From Lachnospiraceae bacterium (GTDB taxonomy: Bacteria > Bacillota > Clostridia > Lachnospirales > Lachnospiraceae): 64,000 nucleotides of DNA. Positions within the stretch are counted from its first letter, which is position 1. Each line of letters opens with the position of its first letter. Below are positions 7,910-16,216 of the stretch, one piece after another. Made by a program: the position numbers and the translations under genes. The stretch lies in assembly GCA_031263035.1 (NCBI GenBank), contig JAISGP010000142.1, forward strand, positions 14,224 through 78,223, read 5' to 3'. The notes beneath the pieces are model-generated. The model searched no databases, had not been told where the DNA came from, and was given only the letters and a program-made list of their open reading frames with translations.

Positions 7910-10282
7910 CTAAAACTCCACAATAGTAACTCCGGCATCTCCTTCGCCATATTCTCCTAATTTAAAGCTTTTAACATAAGATAAATGCTTTAGGTAGTTA
8001 TGAATTCCGTTTCTAAGGGCACCTGTTCCTTTACCGTGGACTATTCTTACAGGGCTAAGATGCGCCATATATGCATCATCTAGGTATTTATCTAGAATGG
8101 CGATAGCATCATCTACATTTTTACCGATTACATTTATTTCAGGTCTTACACTTAATGATTTACCCATTCCTTTTGAAGAGGTATTTCTTTTCTTCTCTCG
8201 TTTTAAAGTAAAATCGCTGTTATCAGGTAATATCTCTAAATCATTTATAGGGAATTTGGTTTTTAATATTCCCATTTGAACTTCTACCATATTTTTAGAA
8301 TCTGGCTCTTTATGAACTGTTCCGTTAAGATTCATGCTAAGAACTTTAACATTGGTTCCTACTTTAAAATCTGAGGGCTTATAAGCTTTTTTAGGTTTGG
8401 TAATAGCTTTTGAATTTGTTTTTGAAGCATTTTTTATTTCATTTCTAAGTTTTTCTCTAGCTTCTTCTAAAGATTGAATTGTAACATTATCTGACTTAGC
8501 TTTATTAAAAAGTTTTATCGTATCATCTGCAGTATCTTTGGCATCAGATAAAATCTTTTTAGCTTCTGCTTTAGCTTCAGAGAGAATACGTTCACGTTGT
8601 CTGTCTAAGCTGTTATATTTATCTGCGGCTTGTCTTTCCTTCTTTTGGTATTCAAGCCTTCGTTTATCCCATTCTTCTTGTTCTTTTATAAAAGCAACTC
8701 GCTTAAGTTCAAGTTCAGTCATTAAATCTTCAAGGGATTCGTCTTGTTCTCCAATATGTTCCTTAGCTTGATTAACTATATCATCAGACATTCCAAGTCT
8801 TTTAGCAATTGCAAATGCATTACTTTTTCCGGGAACTCCAATAAGAAGTCTATATGTAGGTCTTAAGGAATTTACATCAAATTCGCAAGAAGCATTTTCA
8901 ACTCCTGCTGTAGTAAGTGCAAATACCTTTAGTTCACTATAGTGAGTTGTAGCCATTGTTCGAATTCCCCTATTATGAAGGCTTTCTAGAATGGAAATTG
9001 CAAGTGCGGCACCTTCAACTGGGTCTGTACCGGCACCAAGTTCATCAAAAAGAACTAAATCATCAGAAGTTACCTTAGAAAGAAAATTTACTATATTTGT
9101 CATATGAGAAGAGAAAGTAGAGAGACTTTGCTCAATACTTTGTTCATCTCCAATATCCGCATATACATTTGCAAATACGGAAAGTTCAGATCTATCAAGA
9201 GCAGGGATATGAAGCCCGGCTTGCCCCATGAGGGTAAATAATCCCACAGTTTTAAGGCTTACAGTTTTACCGCCGGTGTTGGGACCTGTGATTATGAGTA
9301 GGTCAAAGTCTTTGCCTAAATTAATGCTTATAGGTACTACAGTTTTTTTATTGAGTAATGGGTGGCGACCATTTCGAATATTTATACGATGGTCTTTGTT
9401 AAATATTGGAAGGCTACCATTCATATCTATTGCTAGATTTCCTTTTGCAAATACGAAATCTAGATGAGATAGGAGGTCTTCATCTAATTTTAAAATATCC
9501 GTTATTTCGCCGCACTTATTAGAAAGCTGGGCTAAGATTTTTTCGATTTCTTCTTTTTCTTTTATATGAAGTTCTTTTAGTTCGTTGTTTAAGCGAACAA
9601 CTGCAGCTGGTTCAATAAAAAGTGTTGAACCTGTTGAGCTTTGATCATGAAGAAGTCCGGGGACTTTGCTTTTATATTCGGCTTTAACAGGGATAACATA
9701 TCTATCCCCTCTCATAGAAACAATAGCATCTTGAAGATATGAGCGAATAGATCCATTAATCATTTGGTTAAGAGTTGAATGGATTTTATCACTCATGCCA
9801 TTAATGCTTCGTCTGATGCTTTTAAGAGTTCCACTAGCATCGTCACTTATTTCCCCGGGTCCTAAAATGGCAGTGCTTATTTCTCGCTCAACACTAGGCA
9901 CCCCGTCTAAGCCTTCAAAATAGTTATCAAGTATATCGGCTTTTTCTTCAACAGTTTCATGTTTTCCGTAGGATTTAACTGCGGAAGCTATTCTAAGGAT
10001 TTTAGCTATATTTAAAAGCTCTGTATCTATTAAGGAAGCTCCAATATCAAGTCTTTTTATTGATTCTCCTACAGACTTAAAATTGGTAAACCCAGGATTT
10101 CCCTTTTTAACAAGTCTATCAAAGGCAGCTTTAGTTTCTAGTTGGTAGACTTGGATTTCTTCTAAATCTGTACTTGGAAGAAGAGATTTGCAAATGCTTT
10201 TTCCTAAATCTGATGAAGCTTTATCTACTAACATATCTATGATTTTGTTATATTCTAGTTTTTCTAATGTTTTCTTTTCCAT
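7910..10282 (-). CDS. mutS2: Endonuclease MutS2 (MutS domain V ATPase + C-terminal Smr domain)
   Basis: 790 aa with Walker A GPNTGGKTV, DELGAGTDP, and a C-terminal Smr motif (VRIVHGKGTGALR). Confidence 0.93.
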   Translation of the reverse strand: MEKKTLEKLEYNKIIDMLVDKASSDLGKSICKSLLPSTDLEEIQVYQLETKAAFDRLVKKGNPGFTNFKSVGESIKRLDIGASLIDTELLNIAKILRIASAVKSYGKHETVEEKADILDNYFEGLDGVPSVEREISTAILGPGEISDDASGTLKSIRRSINGMSDKIHSTLNQMINGSIRSYLQDAIVSMRGDRYVIPVKAEYKSKVPGLLHDQSSTGSTLFIEPAAVVRLNNELKELHIKEKEEIEKILAQLSNKCGEITDILKLDEDLLSHLDFVFAKGNLAIDMNGSLPIFNKDHRINIRNGRHPLLNKKTVVPISINLGKDFDLLIITGPNTGGKTVSLKTVGLFTLMGQAGLHIPALDRSELSVFANVYADIGDEQSIEQSLSTFSSHMTNIVNFLSKVTSDDLVLFDELGAGTDPVEGAALAISILESLHNRGIRTMATTHYSELKVFALTTAGVENASCEFDVNSLRPTYRLLIGVPGKSNAFAIAKRLGMSDDIVNQAKEHIGEQDESLEDLMTELELKRVAFIKEQEEWDKRRLEYQKKERQAADKYNSLDRQRERILSEAKAEAKKILSDAKDTADDTIKLFNKAKSDNVTIQSLEEAREKLRNEIKNASKTNSKAITKPKKAYKPSDFKVGTNVKVLSMNLNGTVHKEPDSKNMVEVQMGILKTKFPINDLEILPDNSDFTLKREKKRNTSSKGMGKSLSVRPEINVIGKNVDDAIAILDKYLDDAYMAHLSPVRIVHGKGTGALRNGIHNYLKHLSYVKSFKLGEYGEGDAGVTIVEF

Positions 10283-10549
10283 ATTTTTTCTTTCTTTGTT
10301 CGAGTATACAATTAAAATTTTGTGTAGTGTTTTAAATAACCATTTAAATAGAGTATAATATGATACTGTGTTATTATACTCTGTACTTAATTAAAAATAA
10401 ATATGTATTATTTTAAATTTAAAATTAAAGATGGGTAATTCGTATTAAGATAAAGCTTTTCTTGTAAAGTTTATATTTTTTTGGTTGAAGTGACAGTGAT
10501 AATGAGAGTAAAAAATAACAATAATTGTATTTAGAAAGTTAGGTGTACT

Positions 10550-11365
10550 GTGGTTAATATAAAAAATAATAATTTGTCTTTGAGGGAAATAGCTGATTCT
10601 GGACAGTGTTTTCGTATGGAAGAATTAGAAGATGGTAGATTTAGGGTAATAGCTAGAGATAAAATTATTTATTTGCAACAAGAAATGGATAGAATAGATT
10701 TTGATTGTGAAAAGGATGAGTTTGAGAATATCTGGAAGGAATATTTTGATTTAGATACAGACTATGGGAAACTTCTTGAAACAGCTAAATTAGATAAGGA
10801 TAATTATTTGGAAGAAGCTATGGAATTTGGTTCTGGGATTAGAATTCTTCATCAAGATTTATGGGAGATGATAATTACATTTATTATTTCACAGCAAAAT
10901 AATATTAAAAGAATAAAGAAGCTTATTGAGATAATTAGTGAAAAGTATGGAAAAAAATGTACTGACAAATATGGAAACAAGTATTATAGTTTTCCAACTC
11001 CGGAAGAATTGAATAAGGTAAGTATAGAAGAACTTAATGGATGTTCCTTAGGATATAGAAGTAAATATATATTTAAGACTTCAGAAATGATAGTTTCGAA
11101 AGAAGTAGACTTAGATGAAATAAAAAAGATGAATTATAAAGATGCAAGGGAAGAACTTTTAAAGCTTGTTGGAATTGGTAAAAAAGTGGCAGATTGTATT
11201 TGCCTTTTTGCACTTCATCATCTAGAAGCATTTCCTATTGATACCCATATTAAGCAAGTATTTGCAGCTCATTATCCAGATGGTTTTCCATTTGCAAAAT
11301 ATAGTGGATATGAAGGGGTGATTCAGCAATATATCTTTTATTATGATTTACATGGAAATGATTGA
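10550..11365 (+). CDS. HhH-GPD DNA glycosylase, 8-oxoguanine glycosylase (Ogg)-like
   Basis: 271 aa with a helix-hairpin-helix motif (LLKLVGIGKKVADCICLFAL) and catalytic-region FPIDTHI. The start is GTG with AGGTG upstream. Confidence 0.75.
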   Translation: MVNIKNNNLSLREIADSGQCFRMEELEDGRFRVIARDKIIYLQQEMDRIDFDCEKDEFENIWKEYFDLDTDYGKLLETAKLDKDNYLEEAMEFGSGIRILHQDLWEMIITFIISQQNNIKRIKKLIEIISEKYGKKCTDKYGNKYYSFPTPEELNKVSIEELNGCSLGYRSKYIFKTSEMIVSKEVDLDEIKKMNYKDAREELLKLVGIGKKVADCICLFALHHLEAFPIDTHIKQVFAAHYPDGFPFAKYSGYEGVIQQYIFYYDLHGND

Positions 11366-11531
11366 TTAAATATGATATTATAAATTGCAAGTCGTTTAAA
11401 AACGTTCCTTTGAAAAGGGCATGATTTTGAACAAGCGATTTACCGAGAAATCTTTGATTTTTAGGTATTATATTAACCACATGGAACAAAGCGGTTGAAA
11501 CATTATATTGAAATAGAAAGAGAGCAATACA

Positions 11532-12476
11532 ATGACATTTATTGAAGATATAAAAGAGGGAGAGACAATCTCCTCTATTTATTTGGTTAAAACAAAAAGA
11601 CAGTTACAGACTAAAGCCGGAAAAAGTTATGAAGATATAACTCTTCAAGATAAAACAGGCAATCTCAATGGTAAAATTTGGGATCCTAATTCAGGGGCTA
11701 TAGCAGACTTTGATGAAATGGATTTTATTGAAGTTTTCGGACAAGCCAATATGTATAACGGTGGGATGCAATTAAATGTTCGAAGAGTAAGAAAAGTTTT
11801 CCCAGATGAATATAATATTGCAGATTACATGCCTTCATCAGATAAAGATGAAGAAACTATGTATAATGAACTACTTTCATACATTGATGGTATTAAGAAT
11901 GAATATTATAAAAAGGCATTAAAGTATTATTTTGTAGAAAACAAGGAATTTATTGCTAGTTTTAGATCTCATTCAGCAGCTAAAACTGTTCATCATGGAT
12001 TTGCAGGAGGGCTTTTAGAACATACTTTAGCGGTAGTTCGAATTTCAGATTTCTTTGCAAATACTTATGATTTTTTAAATCGAGATTTACTTTTAACTGG
12101 AGCAATCACTCACGACATTGGAAAGACAAGAGAGCTTTCTGATTTCCCATCTAACGATTACACAGATGAGGGAAATCTCATCGGTCATATTGTTATTGGT
12201 GTGGAGATGATTGATGAGGCAGTAAGAAGTATACCTGATTTTCCAGTGGTTCTTGCAAATGAATGGAAGCATCTAATCCTGGCTCATCATGGAGAGCTGG
12301 AATTTGGTTCACCAAAGAGACCTTCTCTTGCAGAGGCGTTTGCACTTAATTTTGCTGATGTTGCTGATAGCAAGTTGCAGACACTTAAAGAATTATTTAA
12401 AGAAAAAAAGGGTGAGGGTTGGTTAGGATATCAGAGACTTTTTGACTCTAATATTAGAAGGACAAGTGAAGAGTAA
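11532..12476 (+). CDS. yhaM: 3'-5' exoribonuclease YhaM-like (OB-fold + HD domain)
   Basis: 314 aa with an N-terminal OB-fold-like region and HD motifs (HHGFAGGLLEHT, THDIGK, LAHHGE). Confidence 0.8.
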   Translation: MTFIEDIKEGETISSIYLVKTKRQLQTKAGKSYEDITLQDKTGNLNGKIWDPNSGAIADFDEMDFIEVFGQANMYNGGMQLNVRRVRKVFPDEYNIADYMPSSDKDEETMYNELLSYIDGIKNEYYKKALKYYFVENKEFIASFRSHSAAKTVHHGFAGGLLEHTLAVVRISDFFANTYDFLNRDLLLTGAITHDIGKTRELSDFPSNDYTDEGNLIGHIVIGVEMIDEAVRSIPDFPVVLANEWKHLILAHHGELEFGSPKRPSLAEAFALNFADVADSKLQTLKELFKEKKGEGWLGYQRLFDSNIRRTSEE

Positions 12477-12477
12477 T

Positions 12478-13959
12478 ATGCAGTATACGAAGAATAATCG
12501 GTTAAAAATAGAGATAGAGGATATTAGCAGTGATGGATCTGGAATTGGTCATGTGGATGGATATACATTATTTGTAAAAGATGCCCTTCCTGGAGACATA
12601 ATAGATGCCAAGATAATTAAACCTAAGAAAAATTATGCATTTGCAAGGATAGAAGAGATAATAAAGCCATCTAAGGATAGAGTTACCCCCAGATGTCCTA
12701 TTTCGAAGCCTTGTGGCGGTTGTCAAATACAGGGATTAGAGTATAATAAGCAATTGGAATTTAAAGAGAATAAGGTGAAAAATAATCTTGTTCGCATAGG
12801 AAGTGTAGAGGAAAGTCTTGTAAATGAAATTACCCTCTCAATTTTAGGGATGGAAGAGCCATTTAGATATAGAAATAAGGCTCAATTTCCCATAGGGGAG
12901 GATAAAGATGGAAACCTTGTGGCAGGATTTTATGCAGGAAGAACTCATTCCATTATTCCTGTAGATGATTGTGTTATTGGAAGTAAAAATAATAAAGAAA
13001 TCCTGCAGATTGTCCTTGATTTTATGGAGAAAAACCATATTTCAGCGTATAACGAAAAGCTTCATGGAGGACTAGTGAGACATGTGCTGATTAGGGAAGG
13101 ATATATTTCTGGTGAAATTATGGTTTGTCTAGTTATCAATGGCAAGACTTTACCTAAGTCAGAAAAACTTATTGAAAGATTAAGCAAAGTTACCGGAATG
13201 ACTAGCATTGTATTAAATATTAATACGGGGAATACAAATGTTATTCTAGGTGATAAAATCAAAGTATTATGGGGAGAACCATATATTACAGATAAAATTG
13301 AAGATTTAACTTTTAGAATTTCACCTCTTGCATTTTATCAAGTTAATCAAGTTCAAACAGAAAAGCTTTATAATAAGGCTTTAGAATTTGCAGGTTTAAC
13401 AGGCAAGGAAATTGTATGGGATATTTATTGTGGAATTGGGACGATTTCCCTTTTCTTAGCTAAAAAAGCTAAGAAGGTTTATGGCATTGAAATTATTCCG
13501 GAAGCAATTGTTGATGCAAATGCAAATGCAAGACTTAATGGTATTTCTAATGTAGAATTTATGGTGGGAGATGCTAAAGAAGTATTGTGTGAAGAAGTAA
13601 CTAAGTTTAATAAAAATACCTTAGGAAAAGATTTGCAAAATTCTCAAAGTATTGAAAATACATATTTAGATGAAGATAAGTCGATTTTACATAAAGAGAA
13701 TAAATGTAATAAAACAGATATTTTTGCAGATGTAATAGTAGTTGATCCTCCAAGAAAAGGTCTAGATGATGTTACAATTCAAACAATGGTTTCAGTAGCT
13801 CCAAAGAAAATAGTCTATGTAAGTTGTGATTCAGCGACTTTAGCACGAGATATAAAGATATTTAGAGAAAATGGATATGAATTAGAGAAAGTTCAGCCGG
13901 TTGACATGTTTCCCCAAACTGTCAGTGTTGAGACATGTGTTCTTTTGTCACGAAAATAG
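12478..13959 (+). CDS. rlmD: 23S rRNA (uracil-C5)-methyltransferase, RlmD/RumA family (TRAM + 4Fe-4S + SAM MTase)
   Basis: It has a TRAM-like N-terminus, the cluster cysteines CPISKPCGGCQ, DIYCGIGT, VVDPPRKG and a catalytic Cys region (VYVSCD). I prefer the ATG at 12478 over the listed 12442 start, which would overlap yhaM by 35 nt. Confidence 0.88.
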   Translation: MQYTKNNRLKIEIEDISSDGSGIGHVDGYTLFVKDALPGDIIDAKIIKPKKNYAFARIEEIIKPSKDRVTPRCPISKPCGGCQIQGLEYNKQLEFKENKVKNNLVRIGSVEESLVNEITLSILGMEEPFRYRNKAQFPIGEDKDGNLVAGFYAGRTHSIIPVDDCVIGSKNNKEILQIVLDFMEKNHISAYNEKLHGGLVRHVLIREGYISGEIMVCLVINGKTLPKSEKLIERLSKVTGMTSIVLNINTGNTNVILGDKIKVLWGEPYITDKIEDLTFRISPLAFYQVNQVQTEKLYNKALEFAGLTGKEIVWDIYCGIGTISLFLAKKAKKVYGIEIIPEAIVDANANARLNGISNVEFMVGDAKEVLCEEVTKFNKNTLGKDLQNSQSIENTYLDEDKSILHKENKCNKTDIFADVIVVDPPRKGLDDVTIQTMVSVAPKKIVYVSCDSATLARDIKIFRENGYELEKVQPVDMFPQTVSVETCVLLSRK

Positions 13960-14017
13960 ATACTTATTTGGGAATGATAAGTGAAGATTAAAATTGAAAT
14001 TAAAGGAGGAAATGACT

Positions 14018-14227
14018 ATGCCATATATTACAGTAGAAGGTGGAGAATTGACAGTAGAACAAAAGGAAATACTAATTTCAAGGTTGACGGAGGTATCATC
14101 AGAAATTATGAATATTCCGCAAGATTTTTTTATGATTACAATAAAAGAGTTATCAGATAAGAATATTGGAATTGGTGGGAAATCTATAGATGCAGTAAAA
14201 GCAGAATATATGAAAAAGAATAAGTAA
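14018..14227 (+). CDS. 4-oxalocrotonate tautomerase family protein
   Basis: MPYITVEG... gives Pro1 after Met removal. AAAGGAGGA lies 7 nt upstream of the ATG at 14018. The product is ~69 aa, typical of the family. Confidence 0.75.
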   Translation: MPYITVEGGELTVEQKEILISRLTEVSSEIMNIPQDFFMITIKELSDKNIGIGGKSIDAVKAEYMKKNK

Positions 14228-14284
14228 ATTGGAAATATATAATTTCTTGATTTTGTTAAAGTTTTTTTGTGGTTGATTGTATAA

Positions 14285-14896
14285 TCAGCCATTTAGTTTA
14301 TCAAATAGAATAATTGAAGAATTGTTTTTGGTATTGATTAATTCCTTTTTTAGAATAATTCTTTGTCTTTGATTTTCTGTGAAATCATTAGTTTCCTTTT
14401 CAAAGACAGAGATACATACAAAAGTTAAATCATCTTTTTGGACTTTATCGTTAGTATGTATTAAAAAAACATAACTATATGGTCGGATATTACTTGTTAT
14501 TATATATTCGGCTTTTATATTGGAGGAAAAAGAATAGAGCATTTGTGGTCTAAAATAAAATAGACTAAAATCATTTTTTATAATTTCATTAATGTTAGAT
14601 AAGACGTTCAATCTAGGTAGTATTTCATTAAAATGTATACTTTTTGATATGTAATCTAAAGTAATCGTGTTTTCTAGAATATTATGTAGTAGTTTATTTG
14701 GTTTTAAATATTTAGGGAAACGAGTATCTGTTAGTTTGTGGAAACCAGCCAAATGATAAAAATCACTTTCATTAAATTTAAGTATAATTTTATTAAGTTG
14801 CCGTTTATATCCATATGTAATAATCAGTTGTTTATTTAATAAAGTGTTCCATTCTTTGGCGGCTTTAATAAGTATATTATTAGCTTGTTTATTCAT
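14285..14896 (-). CDS. PBECR4-like (Barnase-EndoU-ColicinE5/D-RelE fold) predicted nuclease domain protein
   Basis: 203 aa from the ATG at 14896 (RBS AAGAGGTGA). The pattern ...LKFNESDFYHLAGFHKLTD... and the C-terminal ...RQRIILKKELINTK...ILFDKL match my recollection of PBECR4-annotated Firmicute proteins. This was not verified by an HMM. Confidence 0.5.
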   Translation of the reverse strand: MNKQANNILIKAAKEWNTLLNKQLIITYGYKRQLNKIILKFNESDFYHLAGFHKLTDTRFPKYLKPNKLLHNILENTITLDYISKSIHFNEILPRLNVLSNINEIIKNDFSLFYFRPQMLYSFSSNIKAEYIITSNIRPYSYVFLIHTNDKVQKDDLTFVCISVFEKETNDFTENQRQRIILKKELINTKNNSSIILFDKLNG

Positions 14897-14917
14897 TGTC
14901 ACCTCTTGTATGTTTAT

Positions 14918-15080
14918 AAAAAAAGAGCCTTGCGTTAGCAAGACCCTTAAAAGCGTTTTTAATGTCGGTTCGTGGTTATCGCATAACCCATAGTCGGACT
15001 CCGTTGCTAACCCAATACCGACAGGACTAGCAATTTCATAGTCAACGATAGCTACTCTTGGTGCTACCCTATGTCAGTAT
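14918..15080 (-). promoter_or_regulatory. Candidate structured 5' leader / riboswitch-like attenuator (class unknown) upstream of the PBECR-like gene
   Basis: This ~160-nt stretch is visibly richer in G+C than its flanks.
- Helices (plus-strand coordinates): a 7-bp helix 14963-14969/15017-15023 and a 6-bp hairpin 14974-14988.
- Terminator: GGGUCUUGC-UAAC-GCAAGGCUC followed by U7 (14918-14946). Its G-U pairs form only on the minus strand.
- Competing pairing: an 8-bp alternative pairing (15004-15011 with 14934-14941) overlaps the terminator 5' arm.
- Position: the U-run ends about 20 nt before the start codon. Confidence 0.55.
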
Positions 15081-15357
15081 AGTAATATATATTAAGTTTG
15101 AATTCTATAGGCAATTTGCACAAAAATAGAAAATGAAAACATGGGAGGATATTCGTCATGACTTTAAAGAGAATTAGAATATAAAATATAAGAAATTCTT
15201 ATAATATTTTAGAAAAACATGATGAAAATACATGAAGATTTGTTTCTTTCAGTTTAATAAAATGACATGATATAGTCAATAGAGGTTTGTGTGAAATTAA
15301 TATGTTTAGTTAGACTTGCCAATAGGTAGGTCTTTTTTAGTATTAATCAAAAAGGTA

Positions 15358-15386
15358 TTGACATATGATAATTATTGTGTTATTGT
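15358..15386 (+). promoter_or_regulatory. Candidate sigma-A promoter of the ABC exporter operon
   Basis: TTGACA, a 17-nt spacer, then TATTGT with an upstream TGn element. It lies ~120 nt upstream of the ATG at 15506. Confidence 0.4.
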
Positions 15387-15505
15387 ACTAATAACTTAAT
15401 ACAGTAATATGGCAATACAGAAGAAGCGAGGAAGCATTATACTTTATTTGCAAATAGTATAATTAAAGAAAACAGTGTATGAATTAATAAAAGGAGGATG
15501 AAAGA

Positions 15506-16216
15506 ATGGAAGTATTAAAGGTTGATGATGTTCTAAAAACTTATGGAAAGAAAGAATCTCAGTTTATGGCTTTATCAGGGATTAACTTAAGTGTCAAAAA
15601 AGGAGAGAGTTTAGCTATTGTTGGTAAAAGTGGTTCGGGGAAATCCACTTTGATGCATATAATGGCACTACTTGATAAACCGGATAATGGACACATTTTC
15701 GTTAATGGTAAAGATGTGAGAGATATGAAAGCTAAGGATTTAAATATTTTGAGAAATGAAAAGTTTGGATTTGTTTTTCAACAGTTTTTTATGAATCCTA
15801 GAGAGACAGTTTTGGAAAATGTACAGTTACCATTAAAAATAGCAGGCATAGGTAGAAGCGAGAGAAAGAAGCTTGCAATGAAAGCTCTAGAAGCAGTGGA
15901 TTTAGTAGATAAAGCTAAAAATAAAGCAACTGCATTATCAGGTGGTCAAAAGCAAAGAGTATGTATAGCAAGAGCCATTGTGAATAATCCGGAGATTATA
16001 TTTGCAGATGAACCTACAGGAAATTTAGATTCAAAAACAGGTGATAAAGTTGAAAAACTTCTCTTTAAACTTAAAGAAGAAAAAGGTATTACATTGATTA
16101 TAGTTACTCATGATATGGAACTTGCAAATAAATGTGATAGACAGATTGTAATTAGGGATGGACAGATAGTAATGAGAGATGGGCAGATTGTAAATAAGGA
16201 GGGAAAAGTAGCATGA
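15506..16216 (+). CDS. ABC transporter ATP-binding protein (MacB/LolD/FtsE-like)
   Basis: Walker A GKSGSGKST, signature LSGGQKQR and Walker B IIFADEPT. It is followed by an overlapping FtsX-type permease gene. Confidence 0.9.
   Translation: MEVLKVDDVLKTYGKKESQFMALSGINLSVKKGESLAIVGKSGSGKSTLMHIMALLDKPDNGHIFVNGKDVRDMKAKDLNILRNEKFGFVFQQFFMNPRETVLENVQLPLKIAGIGRSERKKLAMKALEAVDLVDKAKNKATALSGGQKQRVCIARAIVNNPEIIFADEPTGNLDSKTGDKVEKLLFKLKEEKGITLIIVTHDMELANKCDRQIVIRDGQIVMRDGQIVNKEGKVA

Noticed and set aside
14933-14948. yybP-ykoY (Mn2+) riboswitch, because the plus strand reads GUUAGCAAGACCCUU, similar to the conserved 3' segment of that motif.
   Set aside because: The required 5' GGGGAGUAG half is missing upstream on the plus strand, where the sequence is the coding start of the minus-strand gene. 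In addition, the terminator's G-U pairs indicate a minus-strand RNA.
14990-15000. Purine riboswitch, because the leader contains CCGACUAUGG, which is identical to the 3' end of the xpt G-box.
   Set aside because: The rest of the conserved purine aptamer is absent: the UAUAAU J1/2, the GAUAUGG L2 loop and the J2/3 UUUCUACC. The match is limited to one decamer.
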